Of a DNA stretch of 64,000 bases, positions 20,361 to 29,365 are shown in pieces (positions within the stretch are counted from its first letter, which is position 1; each line of letters begins with the position of its first letter). The notes below the pieces were generated by a model, which was given only the letters and a program-made list of their open reading frames with translations, did not search any database and was not told the DNA's origin. A program made the position numbers and the translations under genes. This stretch comes from Dehalococcoidia bacterium (GTDB taxonomy: Bacteria; Chloroflexota; Dehalococcoidia; Lucifugimonadales; UBA2985): NCBI GenBank assembly GCA_965204895.1, contig OZ242025.1, forward strand, positions 1,604,864 to 1,668,863, written 5' to 3'.

Positions 20361-20599
20361 TGGATCGCATAGCCTAGAGTGTGCTTACCGATAGTCTGTG
20401 CAAGCCATTCCAACATGGATCATCGTTCCACAATCAATGTGACTATGAGGCTATACCAAGATACTCTGTTGCCGACGATTCGACCAGCAGTCACTTGGGG
20501 TCGGCTCTCCTTCTGTTCGCACACTCACGACCCTGCCTCTCCCTACACACCCCCTCCCCATTCGCCATCCTGTAGCCAACGCGGGGCTCGGTGAAGATT

Positions 20600-20815
20600 T
20601 AAGTGGGACTCGTCGCGTCGGCGCCCAGCTTGCGTCGGAGCCTCTTGACCACCTCCCGGACCCCACACCCGCTGGAGCAGCACGGCGTGGGTCAACACCT
20701 GCCCGGCATGAACCGAAAGCTCGTAGAGCAGCGCGTAGTACGTGGCCGTCAGCTCCACCGGACGCCCCGCCTGCGTCACCCGGCGTCCGGCGTAGTCGAT
20801 GGGCGGCCCCGCCGC
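20600..20815 (-). pseudogene. Fragment of an OmpR/KdpE-type winged-helix domain
   Basis: IDYAGRRVTQAGRPVELTATYYALLYELSVHAGQVLTHAVLLQRVWG with no receiver domain. Confidence 0.75.
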
Positions 20816-20859
20816 GTCGTAGGGTTCGGACGGCTCAGCCCAAACCACTTCCTCGGCGT

Positions 20860-21025
20860 CCCCATCATGGCTTTGGCCGTGGGGACCTCATAGTGAACGA
20901 CGGCCTTGCTGGGCATGCCCACAGTTTCTCTAATGAAGCTCCCTACGAAGGCCTTGCGCTTGGACGACTTGCACTCCTTCAGAAACTCAGTCGTGTCCTA
21001 AGCCTGTGTAATGATGGCCCCTTGG
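20860..21025 (-). pseudogene. Relic of a large serine recombinase C-terminus
   Basis: Manual translation AIITQA*DTTEFLKECKSSKRKAFVGSFIRETVGMPSKAVVHYEVP resembles the conserved '...FL...RRAFI.SFVKEIVV.PG.A.V.Y..P' tail as I recall it. Confidence 0.5.
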
Positions 21026-21044
21026 AGCCCTTGCCAGTGAGCCT

Positions 21045-21668
21045 TCACAATTCCGTTCTTGTTGGACAATAGGTACTCTGGCAATTCCCATCGCATGTGT
21101 ACCCAGTCTCTACATTCTCTTCCAGAGTTGTTAGGCAGCTCAGATCTATATCCCAGATACACCAACTAGGGCAATCCAATCTGGACCAGTGCATTCTTGG
21201 ATCCCTAGTGCGGTGAGAGATTTCCTCCGTATAAAAGGTGAGTGCCAGACCCCTGTAGTCGGCCTTCACTCGATTCCAGTCGATGTGGAAGCCATAGCAG
21301 TTGTAGCACGACCCTGAACAGCGGGGGATGCATTGACTTCTGATGGATTCTAGGTCTTCACTCTTACAGTTCCTCTTCCTTGGCTCGAGATAGCTCTCAA
21401 GGAAGTCCTCCATGTCCTTTTTGCGGGCGATCGTGAACACACTCTCGGCAAAGCGGTCTTGGTCAAACTCAAAGACCGTCATTAACCTCAGGTCTCCGTA
21501 ACACCACTCCAACGGACGCTCAGTGATGCCCGTTAGCACATGATTCTTCCAGCCATCAGTCCTGCATTCGGTTAGCCAAAGCCCCCCAGGTTTGTGGTCG
21601 GTATCCTGTGGGAGGCAGCGACGGTTCTTATCGAATGGCCTGCCTCCAAAACTGTAAAGCAGCGTCAC
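21045..21668 (-). CDS. Cys-rich hypothetical protein
   Basis: GGAGG RBS. Motifs KPGGLWLT, IDWNRVKADYRGL, LDCPSWCIWD and several Cys clusters. Confidence 0.65.
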   Translation of the reverse strand: MTLLYSFGGRPFDKNRRCLPQDTDHKPGGLWLTECRTDGWKNHVLTGITERPLEWCYGDLRLMTVFEFDQDRFAESVFTIARKKDMEDFLESYLEPRKRNCKSEDLESIRSQCIPRCSGSCYNCYGFHIDWNRVKADYRGLALTFYTEEISHRTRDPRMHWSRLDCPSWCIWDIDLSCLTTLEENVETGYTCDGNCQSTYCPTRTEL

Positions 21669-21698
21669 GAACCCCTCCTAAACTCTTGGCCTTCCGGG

Positions 21699-22049
21699 TT
21701 AGATGCTGGCCCCGCCCGCGGAAACGGGCTTGTAGTCCACCGAGAACTTTAGCTGAAGCAGTCCCCCTGATTGGCGGCGGTTCATGCGTTCGATATTTCT
21801 CTTGAACCCCTTCATCATCGGCCCCACTATGTCTCTGGCGGCAACAGAGACTGCGTAGTCCATCTGATCCTTAGTGAAGAAGCTGCTATGGTCTCCTTCC
21901 GCGCGACAATAGGGACATCTGAGGCTCTCGGTGTCCCGGCCCGTTCCCAACCTGAGCTTGAAATAGAGTCCGCAGTCTTCTTCCGGGCACTGGCGGCCGA
22001 TCATCCCCTCATCGTCCGGCTCAAGGGTCACCGTGATTTCACTCGTCAA
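21699..22049 (-). CDS. Zn-ribbon protein, probably C-terminally truncated
   Basis: GRQCPEEDC...LRCPYC motif; ends abruptly. Confidence 0.55.
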   Translation of the reverse strand: MTSEITVTLEPDDEGMIGRQCPEEDCGLYFKLRLGTGRDTESLRCPYCRAEGDHSSFFTKDQMDYAVSVAARDIVGPMMKGFKRNIERMNRRQSGGLLQLKFSVDYKPVSAGGASI

Positions 22050-22096
22050 GCACTACCCCCGGTCATATATCTTTGTTCGGACTCTCCCGACGGCGC

Positions 22097-22270
22097 TCAC
22101 AGCAACTTCCTGGTTCTTCCGCGTCTCCCGACGTATGTGTTGGCGAACACCTGGAGCCGGTTCCGTTCCATGATCCACTTGTTCCCGAACTTGGTGGCTG
22201 TGAGCTTGCCAGCCTGGCTGCGACTCGCAATTAGGAGTTGGCATTTGGGATATACCGGAGTCGTTGGCAT
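22097..22270 (-). pseudogene. Decayed excisionase-like (HTH_17) gene
   Basis: Manual translation ...AGKLTATKFGNKWIMERNRLQVFANTY...; the upstream helix is broken by a stop/frameshift. Confidence 0.5.
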
Positions 22271-22318
22271 TCGCAGTGGCGTGCGCCTCTTGACCTTCTA
22301 CCAATAGGCCGAGGGGAT

Positions 22319-23083
22319 TCACTGGATGTCTTGGCTTGTGGGGAGTAGAGGACGGATCTGCTTTTCCCGAACCTCCCCGAGCGCGTAGTCCTTTAGCCTG
22401 TCGACATCCGGCACATGCACCGACCCCGAGAATCTATCGCTGTTGTCGTCCCCGATGCGGATGAGGTCGGCAGCAGCGAGTGTTGAAATCCCGCCCGCGA
22501 CAGCCGAGCGAGACATGGCCGTCAGGCGAACGATGTCTCGCTGCCGCAGGATGATCTCGCGTTCGCAACCGTGATCCTCTCCTATCAGGGCGAGGCGGGA
22601 AATCAGGGCGGCCGTTACCCTCTGCGCCGGACTCCCGCTGATGGCGAGGGTGATCCAGTAGTAGCGCGCCAAACGCCTCAGCAAGACAAGGTACATCTCG
22701 GCACGTATCTGAGGGATCCTTTCAACTGTGAGCTTCATGGTGGCGACCGGGATGGCTACCACGGTCGCAGGCGTTGCCGCCGAATAGGAAGCCACCCAGC
22801 GCTTCGCACCCATCATGAACTCGTGGTCGCCTATGAGGAAGGGGGAGGACAGGTCCGAATATGGATACTGCCATGGCACGATCATTCCGTGCTGAACGAA
22901 GTACAGGTACCTGAACGGCTGCCCCGACCGAATGAGTGCGATGTCAGCGGAGGGCTCGATTACCAACATCTCCAATGGCTCCTGGCCACGAGAGAGAGCA
23001 TCTTCAAGCTCGACAGTGTCGACAGACTGAAAGGCCTGACACCGAGCTAGCGCCTGGGCGAAACCGGCGATTTCAATTGCCAT
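22319..23083 (-). CDS. Crp/Fnr-family transcriptional regulator (cNMP-binding domain plus HTH), divergent from CBASS
   Basis: LIRSGQPFRYLYFVQHG...IGDHEF...ASYSAATPATVVAIP jelly-roll, hinge SPAQRVTAAL, HTH LRQRDIVRLTAMSRSAV. G-rich RBS before ATG 23083. Confidence 0.85.
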   Translation of the reverse strand: MAIEIAGFAQALARCQAFQSVDTVELEDALSRGQEPLEMLVIEPSADIALIRSGQPFRYLYFVQHGMIVPWQYPYSDLSSPFLIGDHEFMMGAKRWVASYSAATPATVVAIPVATMKLTVERIPQIRAEMYLVLLRRLARYYWITLAISGSPAQRVTAALISRLALIGEDHGCEREIILRQRDIVRLTAMSRSAVAGGISTLAAADLIRIGDDNSDRFSGSVHVPDVDRLKDYALGEVREKQIRPLLPTSQDIQ

Positions 23084-23156
23084 GACGTGTAACCCCCAAT
23101 CATGATGGCGCCATATTAGCATACCAACGGGCATATGCGAAGATGTCCTCACTGCA

Positions 23157-23185
23157 TTGACTTTGTCTGTCAGAAGACATATTCT
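23157..23185 (+). promoter_or_regulatory. Sigma70-like promoter of the CBASS operon with an operator-like palindrome in the spacer
   Basis: -35 TTGACT (23157-62), 17-bp spacer, -10 TATTCT (23180-85). TGTCT-N6-AGACA at 23164-23179. Confidence 0.7.
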
Positions 23186-23229
23186 GGTGCCATGGGGGTA
23201 TGCACTCAATGGACGAAGGCGACGGATAG

Positions 23230-24756
23230 ATGAGAGCGGTTACTGCTCGGCAACAGGGAGACACGTACCAGGGACGAGTGTTCTGGCTGGAGGTGTGCCG
23301 CCTGTTCCAACGTCACACGAAAGTTGCGTGCGTTGGGTGCGAGATCGACGATGTCCCACACTTCGACGATGTCGCCGTCCTCTACTCCGAGCCAATCAAG
23401 GACGCCCACGGGGAGTTGGTCTCCGCCGACTACTATCAGATCAAGTGGCACGTCGACCAGGGCGGGGCGCTCACCTGCGACGCCCTAACGGACCCGTCCT
23501 TTATCGGCTCCAAGAGCACATCACTCCTCCAGCGGCTGTATGAGGCCGTCAGGGCGACATGGGCGAGAAACGAGACGGCAAGGTTCACCTTCATGACCAC
23601 GTGGAGCATCCCGGCCGATGACGTCCTTGCGAAGCTGGTGAGCGGACGCGATGGAGAGTTGAGGCTGGAAGTCCTGTTCGGCAAGGGCGCTTCCTCCCGG
23701 TTCTCCCGGGTCGTAGAGCAGTGGTCGAACCACCTGGGAGTGGGCCACGAGGAGCTGCGTAGTGTGCTCGCCCGCCTGCGGATCTCTGCCAGCTCTTTCA
23801 CCCTCGACAACCTGACCAGGACACTGAGTGAGCAATTGGCGAGGGTCGGCTTCAGAGCAGTTGACCAGGGCAGCCGCGCCAATCCATACGACAGCTTGAT
23901 CGAACGCCTGCTTTCCGAGGGGCGGAACAAGTTCACGGCCTCGGAGGTCCGGAGTATCTGCAGCGAGGAAGGACTATGGACGAACCCGGAGACGGACTAC
24001 GAAGCTCCCCTTGTCGGCATCAGGAGCTTCCTCCGGTTTGCCGAACACATGGAAGACGAAGTTGACCACTTGCTGGACCTTGCAGATCTGTTTGACGGCA
24101 GGGAGATCAGTGCACCGGAATACTGGAACGCCAGGGTTGGCCCCAAGATACATGAGTTTATGACGAGATCGGTCGCTCCCCTTGGTCAGTGCAATCTGCA
24201 CCTCTCGGCGCATAGTTCCATCGCTTTTGCGGCCGGGTACGAACTGGACGTTAAGTCCGGCACACGCGTCTCGCTAGTCCAAAACACAGCCGCCGGTAGA
24301 GTGATTTGGGACTCCTCCTCCGTGATGGCGAATCTAGACCCCAATCCCTGGAGTGTCTCAGACATCAGTGCGCACCCGAGCGGTCGTGAAGTCGGCATCG
24401 TCCTCTCGGTAACCCACGACGCAAGCTCTGAGGTTCTGGCGCATGTTCAGGAGCACATCCCAGAAGTCGGCCACGTACTCGCTTTCACGATTTCGCCCGG
24501 CATTGGCCCAATGGCAGTGAGGGGCGGGGGCCACGCGTGGATACTGGCACAGGAGTTGGTGAAGACCGTTCGGGAGCTATATCCGCGGCTCACTCCCACG
24601 GGCCCCTTGCACATGTTCAGCGCAGCCCCCAACGGCCTTGTTTTTCTTGTAGGGAGGCTCGCTCGCAGCCTTGGATCGATACAGCTGTACGAGCACGGCT
24701 TTGACTCCAACTGGCCCTCCAGGTATCGAAAGTCCCTGTCACTACCCATCGAATAG
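23230..24756 (+). CDS. cap4: CBASS effector: Cap4-like restriction-fold endonuclease plus SAVED sensor
   Basis: N-terminal GxxYQ...FDDV...YQIK nuclease motif. SAVED motifs LHLSAHSSIAFAAGY and LHMFSAAPNGLVFLVGR...LYE. Confidence 0.85.
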   Translation: MRAVTARQQGDTYQGRVFWLEVCRLFQRHTKVACVGCEIDDVPHFDDVAVLYSEPIKDAHGELVSADYYQIKWHVDQGGALTCDALTDPSFIGSKSTSLLQRLYEAVRATWARNETARFTFMTTWSIPADDVLAKLVSGRDGELRLEVLFGKGASSRFSRVVEQWSNHLGVGHEELRSVLARLRISASSFTLDNLTRTLSEQLARVGFRAVDQGSRANPYDSLIERLLSEGRNKFTASEVRSICSEEGLWTNPETDYEAPLVGIRSFLRFAEHMEDEVDHLLDLADLFDGREISAPEYWNARVGPKIHEFMTRSVAPLGQCNLHLSAHSSIAFAAGYELDVKSGTRVSLVQNTAAGRVIWDSSSVMANLDPNPWSVSDISAHPSGREVGIVLSVTHDASSEVLAHVQEHIPEVGHVLAFTISPGIGPMAVRGGGHAWILAQELVKTVRELYPRLTPTGPLHMFSAAPNGLVFLVGRLARSLGSIQLYEHGFDSNWPSRYRKSLSLPIE

Positions 24757-24785
24757 GAATCAAGACCCGACAAAGGAGCAGGAGA

Positions 24786-25907
24786 ATGGAACTGAACAGC
24801 TACTTCACGGACTTCCTCACCAAGATCAGGCCGACGGAGGCCCAGACCAAGGAACTGCAGGAGGCTCACACGCGCCTGCGAGAAAGACTACTGGCCGACG
24901 AGTACCTCGGGCCCAAGATCGTCAGCGTGTTCCTGCAGGGGAGCTATCGAAGATCGACGTCCATCCGACCACAGGGGGAGGACAAGCTGGACGTAGACCT
25001 GGTCGCCGTTACTCGATTCCGCCGCCAAGACTACCCGGTGGCCGACGACGTGATGAAGGAGTTCACCTCCTTCCTGAACAAGCACTACAAGGGCAAGTGG
25101 AAGAGGAAGGGACGGTCCATCGGCATAGAGATGTCCCACGTGAAGCTCGATCTGGTTATCGCGGCGGCACCCTCGGAAGAGGAGTCCTTGTCCTCCGACT
25201 TCGTCCAGGGGTACTTCACGCCTGACGACTGGCCAAAGAGCTCTGGCGCCGTGCCCGAGTATCTTGCGGATTTCTTCAAGGAACACCGCTCGGGAGAGCC
25301 GCAGTGGAAGCAGGAGCCTCTCTACATCCCCGACAGGGACACCCATGAATGGCAGCGCACCCATCCCCTGGAACAGTACAGGTGGACCACCAACAAGAAC
25401 AGGCGCACGGATGGTCACTTCGTCAACATCGTGAGGTTGGTCAAGTGGTGGTGGAGGACGGCGCATCCCGAGATTGAATATCCAAAGAGCTATCCCCTGG
25501 AGCATCTGGTCGGCGACTGCTGCCCGGACAAGGTTGAGAACCTGGCGCAAGGGTTCACCCTCGTACTAGAGAAGATGGTCGCCACGTACTCGGCATACGC
25601 GGCCGCGGGGATGGTCCCCTTCGTTCCAGACCGGGGAGTTCCCGAGCACAACGTGCTCAAGCGTCTGTCCCCAAGCGACTTCTCAAAATTCATTGAGCGT
25701 GTCAAGAGCGCCTCTGCCGTGGCGCGGAAGGCCTTGGAATCCGGCGATACGTCGGAGAGTGCGAACCTGTGGCAATCGCTCTTCGGCAAGAGGTTCCCGT
25801 CCCCTCCGGGTGGATCATCGGGAGCGGCGGCCGGGGCCGCAGCGGGGACTGCCGGATTCACGCCTCGCCGAGAGCAGACGCGCGTTGGAGGCGGAAGATT
25901 CGCCTAG
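24786..25907 (+). CDS. CD-NTase (cGAS/DncV-like, SMODS) cyclic oligonucleotide synthase
   Basis: QGSYRRSTSIRP...DVDLV...DLV triad, VRLVKWW, KSYPLE, flexible tail ending GGGRFA typical of Cap2 substrates. Confidence 0.92.
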   Translation: MELNSYFTDFLTKIRPTEAQTKELQEAHTRLRERLLADEYLGPKIVSVFLQGSYRRSTSIRPQGEDKLDVDLVAVTRFRRQDYPVADDVMKEFTSFLNKHYKGKWKRKGRSIGIEMSHVKLDLVIAAAPSEEESLSSDFVQGYFTPDDWPKSSGAVPEYLADFFKEHRSGEPQWKQEPLYIPDRDTHEWQRTHPLEQYRWTTNKNRRTDGHFVNIVRLVKWWWRTAHPEIEYPKSYPLEHLVGDCCPDKVENLAQGFTLVLEKMVATYSAYAAAGMVPFVPDRGVPEHNVLKRLSPSDFSKFIERVKSASAVARKALESGDTSESANLWQSLFGKRFPSPPGGSSGAAAGAAAGTAGFTPRREQTRVGGGRFA

Positions 25908-27724
25908 CTACTCGCCAGGAGGGATCACTCACTGAGGCTCTCCGCCTGGGTCGCAGAGCCCTGGAGTCGGTGCCGGGCATAAGGATGCTGGGGGACTTCG
26001 TCTGGTACGAAGATCGAGTGCTCTGGGCTCTGCAGTGTAGGATCACCGCGGACGTTGACCCAGGAGGCCTAATACCTCCTACAACCGACTGGTACGTCCA
26101 CGTCCGTGACACATACCCGTCCGGCCAGATCATCTTCTACCCGGCGAAGGCCGGGGGTGTAACGCACACGTTCAATCACCAGAATCACAATGGCGTAGGC
26201 CCCGACGAACTGCCGTGGAGATGTGGACGTCTCTGTGTCGACACAAGCCTTCGCACTCTGGGCCGTCGTTCCTACGATGTCGAGCCGTTCGACGCGGAAT
26301 CCAGGCTCGCCTGGCATGTCCGCCGGGTACAGGAGTGGCTTGGCCTAGCGTCACGGGGCCAACTAGTCCAGCCTGGCGACCCTTTCGAGTTGCCGCATGT
26401 TCCGTTTTCCACCGGTCCCAAGGTTGTCTTCGCCGAAGGACCGGAGAATCTCTCCTTCTGGTTGGGGCGCCACCCCCGAAAGGGCGCCGCAACTGTCCGA
26501 ATCCTGGAGGAAGACCCACCGATTCTCGTGGTGGACGACCTGAACGTGGGCAGGTCGGGAGTAGGCCTCCAGGCCCCCTGGACCAAACCTCTCGGCAAGG
26601 AAAGCGATCTTTCCGTGGCGTGGATCTGGCTCGACCGGCTACCTGTGGTCGAACCATGGGCGATACCAACAACATGGGGGGAGCTCCGAATGTGCTGCAA
26701 AGCACAGGGGGTTGATCTTGACTCTTTGTTGAGGCCGCTATGCGGCAAGCTCAGGGACAGCGGGAGGCACGTTCTGCTTGTTGGATTTCCAATCCCGGCA
26801 AGATTCAAGGAACCTGATGTCCAGGTCCACTGGCTCGCACTCTGGCTCCCTGCCCTGACCTCACGACCCCTGCCGGGATTTCGCCCCACGGAGTCGGGTT
26901 ACTGGAGCCGGGACCGATCGGTGGTGTTCGGAGACAGCGTGCCTCTCGAGTGGGTCGAGACCGAGAATTGGCACCAGGATGAGATATCAGGCCGGGGAAG
27001 GGTGAACCCATCGGTACGGTCAAAGTCTATTCTGATCATCGGTGGTGGCGCGGTTGGCTCGGCGCTGGCCGAAATGTTGGTCCGCTCAGGCGTCCAGGAT
27101 GTGACGATCATGGACGACGACCGCCTCAAGGTTGGCAACCTTGTCAGGCACACCCTCGGAGTTAGTCACCTGGACAAGCGCAAAGCTCTGACTCTGGCGG
27201 ATCGCCTCAATGATGCGGCGGTCCATTCAATCGTAACCCCCATAGATGCCACATTTCCCCCAACTGACCGCAAGGACATCAATCGGGTACTGGACGCCGA
27301 TGTCGTCATCGACTGTACCGCAGACGACTCAGTTGCGGAGCAAATGCGTAGGTTCGCCTGGGACGGCCCCGTTACCTTCGTGTCAGTGTCAGTTGGCTTG
27401 AAGGCCATGCGGGCGTTCATTTACGTGGCCCACAGCAACACCTTCCCTGCTGACGACTTCGCAGATAGGCTGGATCCTTGGCTGCGATCTGAATTGGATG
27501 GTTACGATGAGGAGTTGCCGCGGGATGGCACAGGATGTTGGCATGCGCTGATGCCGGCGCGGGTCGACGACATCTGGATGATGACCGGGGCGGCCGTAAA
27601 GGCTATAGAAGCCGCGATAGCCGGGCCTCCGAGTGAGCCCACCCTGGTCGTGTTTGAGCAGCAGTACGAAAATGGTGAATTCGTTGGGCTACGTAGAGTG
27701 TCCGCACCCGATGCCAACTCCTGA
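25898..27724 (+). CDS. cap2: CBASS Cap2 (E2-E1 fusion); start codon uncertain
   Basis: E2 domain with FNHQN...GRLC. E1 domain with IGGGAVGS, DDDRLKVGNLVRH, IDCTAD, GTGCWH. Confidence 0.88.
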   Translation: MRLATRQEGSLTEALRLGRRALESVPGIRMLGDFVWYEDRVLWALQCRITADVDPGGLIPPTTDWYVHVRDTYPSGQIIFYPAKAGGVTHTFNHQNHNGVGPDELPWRCGRLCVDTSLRTLGRRSYDVEPFDAESRLAWHVRRVQEWLGLASRGQLVQPGDPFELPHVPFSTGPKVVFAEGPENLSFWLGRHPRKGAATVRILEEDPPILVVDDLNVGRSGVGLQAPWTKPLGKESDLSVAWIWLDRLPVVEPWAIPTTWGELRMCCKAQGVDLDSLLRPLCGKLRDSGRHVLLVGFPIPARFKEPDVQVHWLALWLPALTSRPLPGFRPTESGYWSRDRSVVFGDSVPLEWVETENWHQDEISGRGRVNPSVRSKSILIIGGGAVGSALAEMLVRSGVQDVTIMDDDRLKVGNLVRHTLGVSHLDKRKALTLADRLNDAAVHSIVTPIDATFPPTDRKDINRVLDADVVIDCTADDSVAEQMRRFAWDGPVTFVSVSVGLKAMRAFIYVAHSNTFPADDFADRLDPWLRSELDGYDEELPRDGTGCWHALMPARVDDIWMMTGAAVKAIEAAIAGPPSEPTLVVFEQQYENGEFVGLRRVSAPDANS

Positions 27725-28184
27725 CCTCACCATGTGCTCCCCCGATGGGCGGTTTCGAGTCCAAGTTGGGCATCACGAGTTGGAGGCTCTATTGGATATT
27801 TGCCGCGAATCCGGCGACCTGGAAACCGGGGGAGTCTTGGTTGGTCGATACAACGAGGCTCACGACACCGCAATAGTGACACGAGTGTGGGGCCCGCCGG
27901 AAGACTCAGTCAGGAGGCGGACCAGCTTTTGGAGAGGAACTGAAGGCCTGCAACGGCATCTGGACGGGCTGTGGACGGTCCAGGAATACTACCTTGGGGA
28001 ATGGCACTATCATCCCCGGGGAGGCGGTCAACCCAGCGCTGGAGACAAACGACAGATGGTTCGGATTGCCGAATCGCTTGACTACAACACTCCGGAACCC
28101 GTGCTGATAGTAGTCGGTGGATCGGGCTGGGAAGTGGCGGCCCACGTGTTCCCGCGGCACAGTGCAGCGATTGGGCTAGTCTGA
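27711..28184 (+). CDS. cap3: CBASS Cap3 JAB deconjugase
   Basis: ETGGVLVG...YLGEWHYHP...PSAGD JAMM motif; overlaps the cap2 stop. Confidence 0.9.
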   Translation: MPTPDLTMCSPDGRFRVQVGHHELEALLDICRESGDLETGGVLVGRYNEAHDTAIVTRVWGPPEDSVRRRTSFWRGTEGLQRHLDGLWTVQEYYLGEWHYHPRGGGQPSAGDKRQMVRIAESLDYNTPEPVLIVVGGSGWEVAAHVFPRHSAAIGLV

Positions 28185-28204
28185 ACGCAGCTACAGGTGA
28201 GCCT

Positions 28205-28981
28205 ATGGACGATATAACCGAATGGTGGAGTCGCCTCTCTCCTTTCTTGATACCGATAGCGGCGGCGGTGGTGGCACTGCTCATACGGGACCTGTTGGAG
28301 CCCCATCAGTGGCAACGCTACGTTCGCAAAGTGACCGCAAGCGCATTTGCCGGCATCCTGGTCTTCGCTGGCATTGCCGCAGGGTACATATTGTTTCTCC
28401 AACGCGTGGGCAGCGAAGACAGCCTGCTCGCCACCATCGCTACGTTCGTGGTTGGTCTAGGAACAATTCCTGCCATGGGATTCGCAGTGTTTCTCGTGTT
28501 CCGCAGAGTGGAACCCGATCTCGACTCGTACATGAACAGTCGCTTTGTGTTTTCTTTTCGGAATGGATCGTGGCCGGTTCTCTTCATGAAGGTGTCCTCG
28601 AAGTGCCTTCCCGAAGGCGCGACGTCTATTGTTGGCCGTATCTCTGCTGTGAAAGAAAACATAGGGGAATATCACCTATCGGTTGACGTCGGAACTGGAA
28701 GTGACGTCAGGACTGTGCTTGATGGAACAACCAGGGACTCTCAGCGTGGCTGGATGCGGGTGATGCAGGCGGTTCTCAAGGCGCAGCTTGGAGACCTGAA
28801 CGAGAATGTAGAGTGGCAAGACCGCATCCACCTCTATGGCAAACTCAGAGACCGGCTCAAGAGTTGGAACCGTCCTCCGACTCCACCCATGGCGGCACGT
28901 TACACATGGCAAAACGACGCCTACATGCAAGTCCATCGTCTGGCACTGAGGATGGATTCAACGGGTGTCCGCCGCCGATGA
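28205..28981 (+). CDS. Membrane protein (3 N-terminal TM helices plus soluble domain), co-oriented after cap3
   Basis: AGGTGAG RBS, 20 bp after the cap3 stop; three hydrophobic segments. Confidence 0.7.
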   Translation: MDDITEWWSRLSPFLIPIAAAVVALLIRDLLEPHQWQRYVRKVTASAFAGILVFAGIAAGYILFLQRVGSEDSLLATIATFVVGLGTIPAMGFAVFLVFRRVEPDLDSYMNSRFVFSFRNGSWPVLFMKVSSKCLPEGATSIVGRISAVKENIGEYHLSVDVGTGSDVRTVLDGTTRDSQRGWMRVMQAVLKAQLGDLNENVEWQDRIHLYGKLRDRLKSWNRPPTPPMAARYTWQNDAYMQVHRLALRMDSTGVRRR

Positions 28982-29059
28982 AGAGACCTCCTCCACTTTC
29001 GATTCCGGGAGTCCCTTCGCTGGGAGCGTTGCGCCCCGGCCTACCGGCGGACGCTCCAG

Positions 29060-29365
29060 GCCCGACGTGCTGAAGAGGGTGGCGAAGAAACTGCAAAGCT
29101 CCTTGGCGATGGAGGAAATAAGGCCGGTTCAGCCCCCTTCCAACTCCTCCAGGGCGAGTTGCCTCTCCTCGCGGACCGATGAGTTGCCCGGTTGGAGCCG
29201 GATGATCTCGTCGTAGTCCCGCACCACCCTGTCCGGCTTCCCCACGTTGCCCCACGACCGCCTGCTGGAACGGCTCTGGAGCCTGTCGCACTCCAGAAAT
29301 CCGCGTCCCTCGCGTACCCTTGTCAAGAGCCTGCGCCACAAGCTGGGAGATGACGCCATTCAAGG
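29060..29365. pseudogene. Scrambled relics: OmpR winged-helix fragment (+, ~29235-29362) and possible serine-recombinase catalytic fragment (-)
   Basis: Plus strand: LPHDRLLERLW...RTLVKSLRHKLGDDA. Minus strand: VGKPDRVVRD..., a weak resemblance to the KLDRxxR motif. Confidence 0.5.

Noticed and set aside
23084-23209. N-terminal extension of the Crp ORF
   Set aside because: It runs through the divergent promoter region; the ATG at 23083 has an RBS.
25769-25897. Track's long N-terminal extension of Cap2
   Set aside because: It overlaps the CD-NTase by about 140 bp with no clear RBS and reads as low-complexity off-frame sequence.
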